From Planctomycetota bacterium (GTDB lineage Bacteria; Planctomycetota; OFTM77): a DNA stretch of 64,000 nucleotides. The stretch's first letter is position 1. Every line of letters starts with the position of its first letter. Position numbers and translations under genes: made by a program. The notes under the pieces are model-generated. The model was not told where the DNA came from, made no database searches, and saw nothing but the letters and a program-made list of their open reading frames with translations. Below, in pieces: positions 1 to 8,404 of this stretch. The stretch spans positions 6,254-70,253 of the forward strand of contig JAVJTD010000079.1 in NCBI GenBank assembly GCA_040219065.1, written 5' to 3'.

Positions 1-270
1 CCGGAGCCGGAGCTCCTTGCGGCGAGCTCCGAAGACGCCCGTGAGCCGATCGAGGTCCGCTCCGAGCGCTTCGGTCTCGGCCAATGGCTCGAAGCCGAAA
101 GCCGCGACCAAGAAGTCACGGCTCCGTTCGAGCGACTCGACCGTCATCCCGATGCGACCGACCGCTCGAACCCGCGGCGCAGTCGTCGTCGTCTCCTGTG
201 CCCCCAGCAGCGACGCCGCTCCCGAGATGACGACGACGAGCCAGAGGAGCCTCCTCGTCCGCCGCTTCAT
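1..270 (-). CDS. VOC (glyoxalase/bleomycin-resistance/dioxygenase) family protein with signal peptide; N-terminal 90 codons only, gene runs off the left edge
   Basis: Absent from the ORF track because there is no stop in the window. A minus-strand ATG at 270 opens a stop-free frame: MKRRTRRLLWLVVVISGAASLLGAQE...VGRIGMTVESLERSRDFLVAAFGFEPL. The second part resembles the first beta-alpha-beta module of VOC proteins. ATGA overlap with the GMC stop. Confidence 0.5.
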   Translation of the reverse strand, partial: MKRRTRRLLWLVVVISGAASLLGAQETTTTAPRVRAVGRIGMTVESLERSRDFLVAAFGFEPLAETEALGADLDRLTGVFGARRKELRLR

Positions 271-1829
271 GACGCCCTGCCATTCAAGCGCGCTTCGAGG
301 TGATCGCCGACGCGGAGTGCATTGGCGATGATCGTCAGCCCGGGATTCACGGCCGCGCTCGAGCAGAAGAAGCTGCCGTCGACCACATAGAGGTTGTCCA
401 CGTCGTGCGCGCGGCAATGAACGTCGAGAGCGGAGGTCTCAGGATCCGTTCCGAAGCGCACCGTACCGCATTGATGCGCCACGCCGGCGAGCGGGATCTT
501 CTTGCCGAGGTAGATCTGCCCGGCGAACCAGGTGTGCTCCTCGCAGCCGATCTGATGCAGCAGGGAGCGCAGCTTCTTCTGAAGCCGCCGATGCGGCTCC
601 TCGTTGTTGGCGCGGTAGCTGAGCACCACGCCCCCCTTCGCATCCAGTGTGACGCGGTTGTCGGGGTCCGGCAGATCCTCGCTCGTCAGCCAGAAGTCGA
701 TCGAGTGCTTGGCCATCTTGTCCAGGACCCAGCCGGGAGCGAGCGGCGGCGCATCGGCCTCGAGCATCGCCTCGTCGGACTTGCCGAGCATCTGGATGTG
801 CCCCATCGGATGCGGGTAGTCGTCGGCACCGAAGTAGAAGTCGTTCACGGCGAGCGTCTTCTGGAAGATCGTCGGGTTCGGCTCGCGGGAGAGCGCCAAC
901 ATCGCAGAGTTGTTGTGACACATGTAGTGTCGCCCCACGACGCCGGATCGGTTGGCGAGCCCGTTCGGGTGTCGCTCGTTCGAGGAGCGCAGGAGCAGCG
1001 CCGCCGAGTTGACCGCACCGCACGACACTGCGACGAAGTCCGCCTCGACTGCATGCTCTTCGCCCTCCTGCTCGAACACGACGCGACGGACCTCGCGCCC
1101 ATCGGCGGAGGTCTCGAGCCGGAGCACCTTGGCCTCGGTGAGCAGTGTCACGTTCCCGTGGGCCAAGGCCGGCTCCACGCAGGTGACCTCCGCATCGGAC
1201 TTCGCACGAACCAGGCACGGAAAGCCGTCGCAGGTCGCGCAGCGAATGCACTCGCTCCGCTCCGGCGAGCTCTCGTTCAGGCGAATGCCGAGAGGGAGCG
1301 GGAAGGGATGCAGCCCGAGGCGAGCGAAGTCGTCATGGAGCCTCTGGATCCTTGGCTCGTGGCTGACGGCGGGGTGGGGATACGGGAGCTCGCGCGGCGG
1401 CTCGGTCGGATCGAGCCCGTGTTGGCCGTGAACGTGGTAGAGCGCCTCCGCCCGATCGTAGAACGGCGCCAGGTCCTCGTATTGGATCGGCCAGCGCGGC
1501 GATAGGCCGCCCTGGTGACGGACCTCCTCGAAGTCTCGCTCGCGCAGCCGCAACAGCGCAGCGCCGTACACCTTGGTGTTGCCGCCGACGAAGTAGTGCG
1601 CGCCCGGATGGAATGCCTTGCCGCGCCCGTCGGTCCAGCTCTCTTGCGTCTTGTACCGGCTCTCGAGGAACACCGAGCGCGAGTCCCAGTTCTCCCGCTC
1701 GCGCTTCAACCACGGCCCCCGCTCGAGGAGCAGGATCTTCTTGCCCGTCGCGGCGAGGCGATGAGTCAAGGTGCCGCCGCCAGCGCCGCTACCGATCACG
1801 ATCAGGTCGTAGTGATTTTGAATGGTCAT
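267..1829 (-). CDS. GMC-family FAD-dependent oxidoreductase
   Basis: N-terminal dinucleotide fold YDLIVIGSGAGGGTL...LLLERG. C-terminal GMC signature HQCGTVRFG...NLYVVDGSFF...NPGLTIIANALR. ATG at 1829 is preceded by GGGAGA; the longer track start at 1916 is less likely. Confidence 0.9.
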   Translation of the reverse strand: MTIQNHYDLIVIGSGAGGGTLTHRLAATGKKILLLERGPWLKRERENWDSRSVFLESRYKTQESWTDGRGKAFHPGAHYFVGGNTKVYGAALLRLRERDFEEVRHQGGLSPRWPIQYEDLAPFYDRAEALYHVHGQHGLDPTEPPRELPYPHPAVSHEPRIQRLHDDFARLGLHPFPLPLGIRLNESSPERSECIRCATCDGFPCLVRAKSDAEVTCVEPALAHGNVTLLTEAKVLRLETSADGREVRRVVFEQEGEEHAVEADFVAVSCGAVNSAALLLRSSNERHPNGLANRSGVVGRHYMCHNNSAMLALSREPNPTIFQKTLAVNDFYFGADDYPHPMGHIQMLGKSDEAMLEADAPPLAPGWVLDKMAKHSIDFWLTSEDLPDPDNRVTLDAKGGVVLSYRANNEEPHRRLQKKLRSLLHQIGCEEHTWFAGQIYLGKKIPLAGVAHQCGTVRFGTDPETSALDVHCRAHDVDNLYVVDGSFFCSSAAVNPGLTIIANALRVGDHLEARLNGRAS

Positions 1830-2803
1830 CGACGATCTCCCAGGACCGACTCGGAGTGGGCGACGGCCCGGCTCCGGGAAAGCTCGACCGGCGCCTGTGC
1901 CGCATCGAGCGAACAATCACAATGGAACGGGCACGGCTCCTCGGAACCCCGCGCGAGCTTTGCGCAGACGGAGCGCCCGTGATATCGGCGCCCGAAAAGG
2001 GCTCCGGCGGCGAACATGCCAGCCAGGGGCGCCGTGACGTAGATCCAGAAGCCTCGCCACTCGCCGGCCAGCACCGCGGATCCCAGGCTGCGGGCGGGAT
2101 TGAGGCTCATGCCCGAGTAGGGCGCCTCGAACGTGATGTAGAGACAGAGCAGGACACCGATGACCGTGGGCGTGTACCGGGACAAGCGCGGTGAGCGATC
2201 GAGAAGCAGGACGGCCGACATCGTCAGGCACGCGATCACGCCTTCGCCGATCCAGGCAGCGAGCTCACCCGCCGCTCCAGGGACCGTCACGATCCAACGG
2301 ACCTCGGGCGCGGCGATCCAGCTCGGCGTGACTCGATCGACCAGCCAAACGCCAAAGGCTCCGCCGAGCATCTGGAACGTGACGTAGACGAGCGCGTTCC
2401 GTGCACTCAGCTTGCCCAGCCCGAAGAACGTGAGCGTGACCGCCGGATTCAGGTGGGCACCCGAGCGGCGCCCCCAAGTGCTGGTGATGAGCACGACGGC
2501 CGTCAAGCCGATCGCCGCTCCCATCGAGAAGCGCCGCATCAGCGGCTCCACCAGTGCCCTGCGGAGCGGTGAAGCCGGATGCTCGAGCGCGATCGCCAGG
2601 ATGCAAGCCGCCACCATGAACAGGGCGAGCAAGAGCGCTTCGATCACGCCCAGGATGACGATCTCATGCGCGGATCGTAAGGCGCGCTTGTCCCTCTTCC
2701 ACGCGAGACGGCATCGGTGCACCACGTCGAACGACCTCGAGGACTCGGTGATCCAATTCCCAAAAGGCGGCGGTCCGATGCACGATGATGATCGCGGTGT
2801 CAT
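1826..2803 (-). CDS. MIP/aquaporin-family channel with a Cys/His-rich C-terminal extension (start uncertain: 2647 GTG, 2803 ATG or 2851)
   Basis: Two NPA boxes (HLNPAVTLTFF and SLNPARSLG) and six hydrophobic segments. The stop overlaps the GMC start (ATGA at 1826-1829). Confidence 0.85.
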   Translation of the reverse strand: MTPRSSSCIGPPPFGNWITESSRSFDVVHRCRLAWKRDKRALRSAHEIVILGVIEALLLALFMVAACILAIALEHPASPLRRALVEPLMRRFSMGAAIGLTAVVLITSTWGRRSGAHLNPAVTLTFFGLGKLSARNALVYVTFQMLGGAFGVWLVDRVTPSWIAAPEVRWIVTVPGAAGELAAWIGEGVIACLTMSAVLLLDRSPRLSRYTPTVIGVLLCLYITFEAPYSGMSLNPARSLGSAVLAGEWRGFWIYVTAPLAGMFAAGALFGRRYHGRSVCAKLARGSEEPCPFHCDCSLDAAQAPVELSRSRAVAHSESVLGDRR

Positions 2804-2926
2804 GACCGACCAGAATCCGAACAGCACGAAACGGTGACCGGTCGATCGCATCGGACCGCCGCGCTCGACGGAGCGCCCGGTCTTGGCGAGGCCCGGTTCG
2901 CCCTCGCTCGACCTCTTGAGGATCTC

Positions 2927-5635
2927 GAGATGTCCGTGAACGCCGAGCGCGCTCGCCTACGAGAGGCCGATGCGCCGACCTGCCCCTGGCGACTTTGGGG
3001 GCCGTATCTCAGCGAGCGTCAGTGGGGCACCGTGCGCGAGGACTACAGCGCCGACGGCTCTGCCTGGGACTACTTCACACACGACGCCTCGCGCAGCCGC
3101 GCCTACCGCTGGGGAGAAGACGGGTTGGCCGGGTTCTCGGACGACCACCAAAGGCTGTGCTTCTCACTCGCTCTTTGGAACGAGCGGGATCCGATCCTCA
3201 AGGAGCGGCTTTTCGGACTCACCGGCAGCGAAGGGAACCACGGCGAGGACGTCAAGGAGCTCTACTACTACCTCGACGCGACGCCGACGCACTCCTACCT
3301 GAAGATGCTGTACAAGTATCCCCATTCGGAGTTCCCCTACCGAACGCTCGTCGAGGGCAATCGCGCTCGCGGCCGCGACATCCCCGAGCTCGAGCTCTTG
3401 GAGACCGGAGTCTACGATGAGAATCGCTACTTCGATGTCCAAGTCGAGTACGCCAAGGCGCAGCCCGACGACATCGTCATCGCGATCACGGTCACCAATC
3501 GCGGCCCGGACCCGGCGCGCCTGCACGTTCTCCCGCAGGCCTGGTTTCGCAACACCTGGAGCTGGGAGGCGAGCCACCCAAGGCCGATGGCCCATCGCGA
3601 CGGCGATCGCATCGTGCTTACGCACGAAGAGCTCGGCGCATACTCGCTCGAGTGCCAAGCACCCGTCGAGTGGCTCTTCTGTGAGAACGAGACGAACGCG
3701 CCCAAGCTCTTCGGCGCGCCCGCCGAGGGCCCCTTCAAGGACGCGTTCCACGAGTACGTCGTCCACGGTCACCGCAAGGCCCTCGCCACGGAGCACAGTG
3801 GCACCAAGGTCGCCGCGCGCGTGGTGCTCGACCTCGAAGGAGGCGAATCGCAAAGGCTGCTGCTGCGGCTGCACCGCGCCGAAGGAGCGACGAGCTGGTC
3901 GCGCGCAGCGCGCGTCCTCGAGAGGCGCCGAGAAGAAGCGGACGCTTTCCATGCCGAGCTGGAGGCCGAGATCCCGACGACAGACCGGAAGCGCGTCCAT
4001 CGCCAAGCCCTGGCCGGCATGATCTGGAGCCAGCAGTACTACGAGCTCGACATTCCGAAGTGGCTCCAGGGCGATCCCGGCCAGCCGCCGCCCCCCGAGT
4101 CCCGGAAGCTCGGCCGCAATGCGGAGTGGGAGCACCTCAACAACGCCGAGGTGCTCTCGATGCCGGACAAGTGGGAGTACCCCTGGTATGCCGCCTGGGA
4201 CCTCGCGTTCCACTGCCTGCCCCTCGCCCTCGTCGATCCGGCCTTCGCCAAGCATCAGCTCGTGTTGCTCACGCGCGAATGGTACATGCACCCGAGCGGC
4301 CAGCTCCCCGCCTACGAATGGGCTTTTTCGGACGTGAATCCGCCGGTGCATGCGTGGGCGACGTGGCGCGTCTTCGAGATCGACCGCGAGCGGAGCGGCG
4401 GCCCGGGCGACTTCGAGTTCCTCGAGCGGGTCTTCCACAAGCTGCTCCTCAACTTCACCTGGTGGGTGAACCGCAAGGATCCCACAGGGCGGAACATCTT
4501 CCAGGGCGGCTTCCTCGGTCTCGACAACATCGGCGTCTTCGATCGCAGCGCGCCTCTGCCGACCGGCGGGCAGCTCCTGCAATCGGACGGCACGAGCTGG
4601 ATGGCGATGTACTCGCTCAACATGATGCGCATCGCGGTCGAGCTCGCGACCAACAACCCGGTGTACCAGGATCTGGCGACGAAGTTCTTCGAGCACTTCC
4701 TCTACATCGCCGCGGCAATGAACGACATCGGCGGCGAGGGGATCTCACTCTGGTCCGAGTCGGACGAGTTCTTCTACGACGTCCTGTGCTTGCCCAATGG
4801 CGAGAAGCGACCGTTGGCGGTGCGCTCGATGGTGGGCTTGCTGCCGCTCTGCGCGGTCGAGGTCCTGACCGAAGAGACCCTCGCCCGCGTGCCCGAGTTC
4901 GAAGCACGTCTGAAGTGGTTCCTCGACTACCGACCCGACCTGGCAAAGCTGGTCTCTCGCTGGCACGAGCCAGGCAAGGGCGAGACGCACTTGCTCTCGC
5001 TGCTGCGCGGTCACCGCATGAAATGCGTGCTGCGTCGCATGCTCGACGCCGCCGAGTTCCTCTCGCCGCACGGAGTGCGAGCCCTTTCGAAGTATCATGA
5101 GGCCGCCCCCTACGTGCTCGAAGTGGGTGATCGGCGCTTCGAGGTCGGGTACCAGCCGGGAGAGTCGGAGTCCGGCCTCTTCGGCGGAAACTCGAACTGG
5201 CGCGGACCGATCTGGATGCCGGTGAACTACCTCCTCATCGAGTCACTGCGCCGCTTCCATCGCTACTACGGCGATGACTTCCGCGTCGAGCACCCGACCG
5301 GCAGCGGCGAGCTACGCTCCCTCGCCGAGATCGCGGACGAGCTGAGCGAGCGACTGGTGCGCTTGTTCCTGAAGGACGAGAGCGGACGACGCCCGATCTT
5401 CGGCGAGATCGAGAAGCAGCAGACGGATCCTCATTTCCGGGACCACTTGCTCTTCCACGAGTACTTCCACGGCGAGACCGGCCGTGGCCTGGGCGCCTCT
5501 CATCAGACGGGCTGGACCGGCTTGGTGGCGGCGCTCTTGCATCCGACGGTCGCTCGCAGCTGCTCGAGCTGCGCGACGCACGCCGCCGAGGAGCCCGTCG
5601 ACTCCCAAGTTCCCTCCCCGCTGAAGCACATTTGA
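2927..5635 (+). CDS. GH63-like (MGH1-like) glycoside hydrolase / glucosidase
   Basis: Conserved N-terminal block WGPYLSERQWGTVREDYSADGSAWDYF...YRWGEDGLAGF, about 900 aa in length, with (alpha/alpha)6-type C-terminal blocks (WEYPWYAAWDLAFH, NWRGPIWMPVNYLL). The ATG at 2927 is preferred over the GTG at 2834. Confidence 0.8.
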   Translation, partial: EMSVNAERARLREADAPTCPWRLWGPYLSERQWGTVREDYSADGSAWDYFTHDASRSRAYRWGEDGLAGFSDDHQRLCFSLALWNERDPILKERLFGLTGSEGNHGEDVKELYYYLDATPTHSYLKMLYKYPHSEFPYRTLVEGNRARGRDIPELELLETGVYDENRYFDVQVEYAKAQPDDIVIAITVTNRGPDPARLHVLPQAWFRNTWSWEASHPRPMAHRDGDRIVLTHEELGAYSLECQAPVEWLFCENETNAPKLFGAPAEGPFKDAFHEYVVHGHRKALATEHSGTKVAARVVLDLEGGESQRLLLRLHRAEGATSWSRAARVLERRREEADAFHAELEAEIPTTDRKRVHRQALAGMIWSQQYYELDIPKWLQGDPGQPPPPESRKLGRNAEWEHLNNAEVLSMPDKWEYPWYAAWDLAFHCLPLALVDPAFAKHQLVLLTREWYMHPSGQLPAYEWAFSDVNPPVHAWATWRVFEIDRERSGGPGDFEFLERVFHKLLLNFTWWVNRKDPTGRNIFQGGFLGLDNIGVFDRSAPLPTGGQLLQSDGTSWMAMYSLNMMRIAVELATNNPVYQDLATKFFEHFLYIAAAMNDIGGEGISLWSESDEFFYDVLCLPNGEKRPLAVRSMVGLLPLCAVEVLTEETLARVPEFEARLKWFLDYRPDLAKLVSRWHEPGKGETHLLSLLRGHRMKCVLRRMLDAAEFLSPHGVRALSKYHEAAPYVLEVGDRRFEVGYQPGESESGLFGGNSNWRGPIWMPVNYLLIESLRRFHRYYGDDFRVEHPTGSGELRSLAEIADELSERLVRLFLKDESGRRPIFGEIEKQQTDPHFRDHLLFHEYFHGETGRGLGASHQTGWTGLVAALLHPTVARSCSSCATHAAEEPVDSQVPSPLKHI

Positions 5636-5727
5636 AACAACCCTCAACTGAACCAGGACTCCAATCCATGACACCGATTCGCCTTGGCTCGGACCCGAGC
5701 GTCCGAGAGTCGCTCCCCGACGTCGTG

Positions 5728-6546
5728 ATGCCCGCCTGCCCCATTCAGAAGGTTCTCAAGGGCCAGAAGGTGCTCGTCACCGGCGCCAACTCCGGCATCG
5801 GTCGCGGCATCGCCATCGCCATGGCGCACGCCGGCGCCGATGTCGTCGTAAACTACTTCGCCGGCGATGAAGCGGCTGAAGAGGTCGTTCGCCTCGCTTC
5901 CACCTGCGGCACGCGGGTCTTTGCTCATCGGGCCGACGTGTCCGACGAGCCCCAGGTGCAAGCCATGTTCGAGCGGATGCTCGAGGAGCTCGGCACGATC
6001 GACGTGCTGGTGAACAACGCCGGCATCCAGCGCGATGCGGCCTTCGAGGACATGACGCTCCAGCAGTGGCGTGCGGTCCTCGACACCAATCTCACCGGCC
6101 AGTTCCTGTGCGCGCGGGAAGCCGTGCGCGAGTTCAAGCGTCGCGGCGTGAAGCCCGAGGTCTCCTGCGCGGCGGGCAAGATCGTCTGCATCAGCAGCGT
6201 CCACGAGGTCATTCCTTGGGCCGGCCACGTGAATTACGCGGCGTCGAAGGGTGGCGTGATGCTGATGATGAAGAGCATCGCCCAGGAGGTCGCTCCCTAC
6301 CGCATCCGCGTCAACAGCATCGCGCCCGGTGCGATCCGCACACCGATCAACCAGACCGCCTGGGACACCGAGGAAGCGTACCGAGGGCTGATGTCACTCA
6401 TCCCCTACAAGCGCATCGGGGAGCCCGACGACATCGGTCGCACCGCCGTGTGGCTCGCGTCCGACGATGCCGACTACCTGACGGGCACGACCCTCTTCGT
6501 CGACGGTGGCATGACCCTCTACCCGGGCTTCGAGACCGGCGGGTGA
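5728..6546 (+). CDS. SDR-family glucose 1-dehydrogenase-like oxidoreductase (alternative starts 5632 and 5668)
   Basis: VLVTGANSGIGRG cofactor motif, NNAG, catalytic S...YAASK, PGAI. Nearly colinear with Bacillus-type glucose 1-dehydrogenase (VVVNY..., SSVHE.IPW..., YLTGTTLFVDGGMTLYP). Confidence 0.85.
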   Translation: MPACPIQKVLKGQKVLVTGANSGIGRGIAIAMAHAGADVVVNYFAGDEAAEEVVRLASTCGTRVFAHRADVSDEPQVQAMFERMLEELGTIDVLVNNAGIQRDAAFEDMTLQQWRAVLDTNLTGQFLCAREAVREFKRRGVKPEVSCAAGKIVCISSVHEVIPWAGHVNYAASKGGVMLMMKSIAQEVAPYRIRVNSIAPGAIRTPINQTAWDTEEAYRGLMSLIPYKRIGEPDDIGRTAVWLASDDADYLTGTTLFVDGGMTLYPGFETGG

Positions 6547-6616
6547 GCGAGCAGGCCGTGCGGTTGCGGGCGCCTGCGCCAGCAGGCGCTCGACGGGATC
6601 ACCTCGAGGGGCCCAC

Positions 6617-7146
6617 TCGTTCAGCCCCGCGCGGAGCGCGCGGGCGAGCATCAGGTGAAACTGGTGATCGCCGTTCTCGCGGCGGACGGAATAGCGCCCG
6701 ACGTCTTGGAGACTCGACTGGAGGCCGCGCTGCACGGCCTCGCAGATCTCGCGGTCTTCCTCTTGGACCTGCTCAGCGGCGCGTAGGCTCTCCTCGATGA
6801 AAGCCTGCTTCTTTTTGCGGCGATGAAGTAGTCGAAGATCACCTCACACCGATTCACACCGCGGGGGCGAACCCAGTTGACGTCCAGGAGGCCCTCGTAG
6901 GCGTTGAACATCCAGTTCGGCCAAGCCCAGATGTAATGCGCCGTCTTTCCGCTGCGGACCTCTCCGGCTTCGCCGGGAGCAAAGGAGCTTGCTGAGGGTT
7001 CCAGCCCACGTGCAACGTGCAGCGGAACTGCCCGTGTTCGAGCGAGTCGCTCAAGCTGGGATGCAGCACCGGCACGTGGTAGCCACCATCGAGATAATGG
7101 TCGACGTAGACCTTCCAGTTGCACGCCACCGAGTAGACACGGCGCT
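6617..7146 (-). pseudogene. Decayed, 5-prime-truncated paralogue of the Rieske oxygenase gene at 16388-17491 (C-terminal catalytic half only)
   Basis: Three different minus frames carry consecutive pieces that match the intact copy. They are RRVYSVACNWKVYVDHYLDGGYHVPVLHP, then APGEAGEVRSGKTAHYIWAWPNWMFNAYEGLLDVNWVRPRGVNRCEVIFDYF, then EEDREICEAVQRGL..DVGRYSVRRENGDHQFH. There are at least 2 frameshifts (one in an A5 run near 6813) and an in-frame TAG just upstream of RRVYS. The Rieske domain is absent and the stop codon is lost. Confidence 0.85.
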
Positions 7147-7215
7147 ACGATCGTAGCCGTCCACGGCAAGACACATCACAACGCCGTCGCCGCCCGAGTC
7201 AACTACGGCTTCGCT

Positions 7216-8022
7216 TTGGTCCGCGCCAACAAGCTCAGAGAAGCCGAAGCGGTCTATGGCGACGGCCTGATCGGCGAGCTGCGGGAGATGCTGGGTCCCA
7301 GGCATCCGGCAGTGCTCGAAGCGCTCAACTCCTACGGGCGCTGCCTGATGCTGCAGACTCGGCTCGACGAAGCCGAAGGTCCTCTCACCGAGTCCTTCCG
7401 TATCTCACGGGACCATGCCGGCCCGGATCACCCGAACACGCTCTACTTCCAGGACACCTTGGCGGTCTTCTACCTGACGCAGGGACGACCCGAAGACGGC
7501 TTCGAGCAGTTCGGAGACTTGCTCGATATTCATGCGAAGAAGGTCGGCCTGGAGCACCCTGCCACGTTCCGGATCCTCTCCTTGATATTCGACATCTTGC
7601 AGAGGCCCGGGATGACGGATCAGATCCTGCCGTTCTTCGAGCAAGTCGTCGCCAGACATGTGGACGAGCTGGGCCCACGGCATCCCAGAACCCTCGAGAT
7701 GCGGCGACAGCAGGGACTCGGGCTCCTGGCCACGGGCCAGATCGAGCAAGCTGAGGAGATCCTGCGCGACTGCCTCACGATCGCCGAGGAGATCGAGGCC
7801 GCGGACTCCCCGAATATCAGAGAGATCTGTGGAAACTTGGGCTGGTGCCTGACGGTCGCTGAGCGATTCGAGGACGCCCAGCCGTACGTGCGTCGTGGAG
7901 AAGAACTGGCCGCACTTCGACGCAGCGTCGATCCGAAGTCCTACGAACAGGCACGGCAACGCACCGACCGCTTCTACGAGTCTTGGAGCAAACCGCAGGG
8001 TGTCACCTGGCGGCAACAGTGA
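7216..8022 (+). CDS. TPR-repeat protein, probably a 5-prime-truncated remnant (C-terminal TPR module of a larger protein)
   Basis: TPR_12-like repeats (LGPRHPAVLEALNSYGRCL, AGPDHPNTLYFQDTLAVFY, LGPRHPRTLEMRRQQGL). The frame stays open and TPR-like upstream of the TTG start back to about 7140, with no credible start, signal or catalytic domain. The tail ...RFYESWSKPQGVTWRQQ resembles the ends of TPR-bearing kinases. Confidence 0.6.
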   Translation: MVRANKLREAEAVYGDGLIGELREMLGPRHPAVLEALNSYGRCLMLQTRLDEAEGPLTESFRISRDHAGPDHPNTLYFQDTLAVFYLTQGRPEDGFEQFGDLLDIHAKKVGLEHPATFRILSLIFDILQRPGMTDQILPFFEQVVARHVDELGPRHPRTLEMRRQQGLGLLATGQIEQAEEILRDCLTIAEEIEAADSPNIREICGNLGWCLTVAERFEDAQPYVRRGEELAALRRSVDPKSYEQARQRTDRFYESWSKPQGVTWRQQ

Positions 8023-8404
8023 GCGCTCGCCCCCATGCCTGTCGCAGCACCCGATCGACAGCTCCTGAGCGGAGCCAGGGCCAATGATGCACTCGCCGCG
8101 GGCATCGACGGCCACGATCGCCTGCGTACGCTGAGTGTCTATTGCGCCATGCCAACAATGCGCTAGTCACGCGTAATGGCCGACATGGTTTCACGCGTAC
8201 GCTCATTGTCTATTGGTCTATTGGGCTATTTCTCGACTTGGCTAGCTACCACCAACTCGAAGCGCAGGGCGAATCGATCTGCCCGTCGATGCGGAACGTG
8301 AACGGGCGGGTCCGGCCCCGAGCTCGGTCAGGGTTGACTTGGAGCCGCGAATAGGATTCCATCGGAGCACCTGCCCAATCCGCGCAAACTTCGAGGAGGA
8401 GATC

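Noticed and set aside
300-1505. 401-aa plus-strand ORF (and several smaller ones) across the GMC oxidoreductase gene
   Set aside because: It is antisense or out of frame relative to a gene with clear family motifs. The translation is Arg/Ala/Gly/Val-rich with no motifs, which is typical of a high-GC shadow ORF.
3164-4696. 510-aa minus-strand ORF inside the GH63-like gene
   Set aside because: Antisense shadow ORF with no recognisable domain. The opposite strand carries conserved GH63-like blocks.
8167-8199. Direct repeat TCACGCGTA at 8167-8175 and 8191-8199, and TCTATTGG x2 at about 8210-8226, in the lower-GC gap upstream of the PD40 gene
   Set aside because: The repeats are short and could arise by chance in a 380-bp AT-richer spacer. 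There is no nearby regulator gene or second occurrence in the window to support an operator call. I note it only as a weak possibility.
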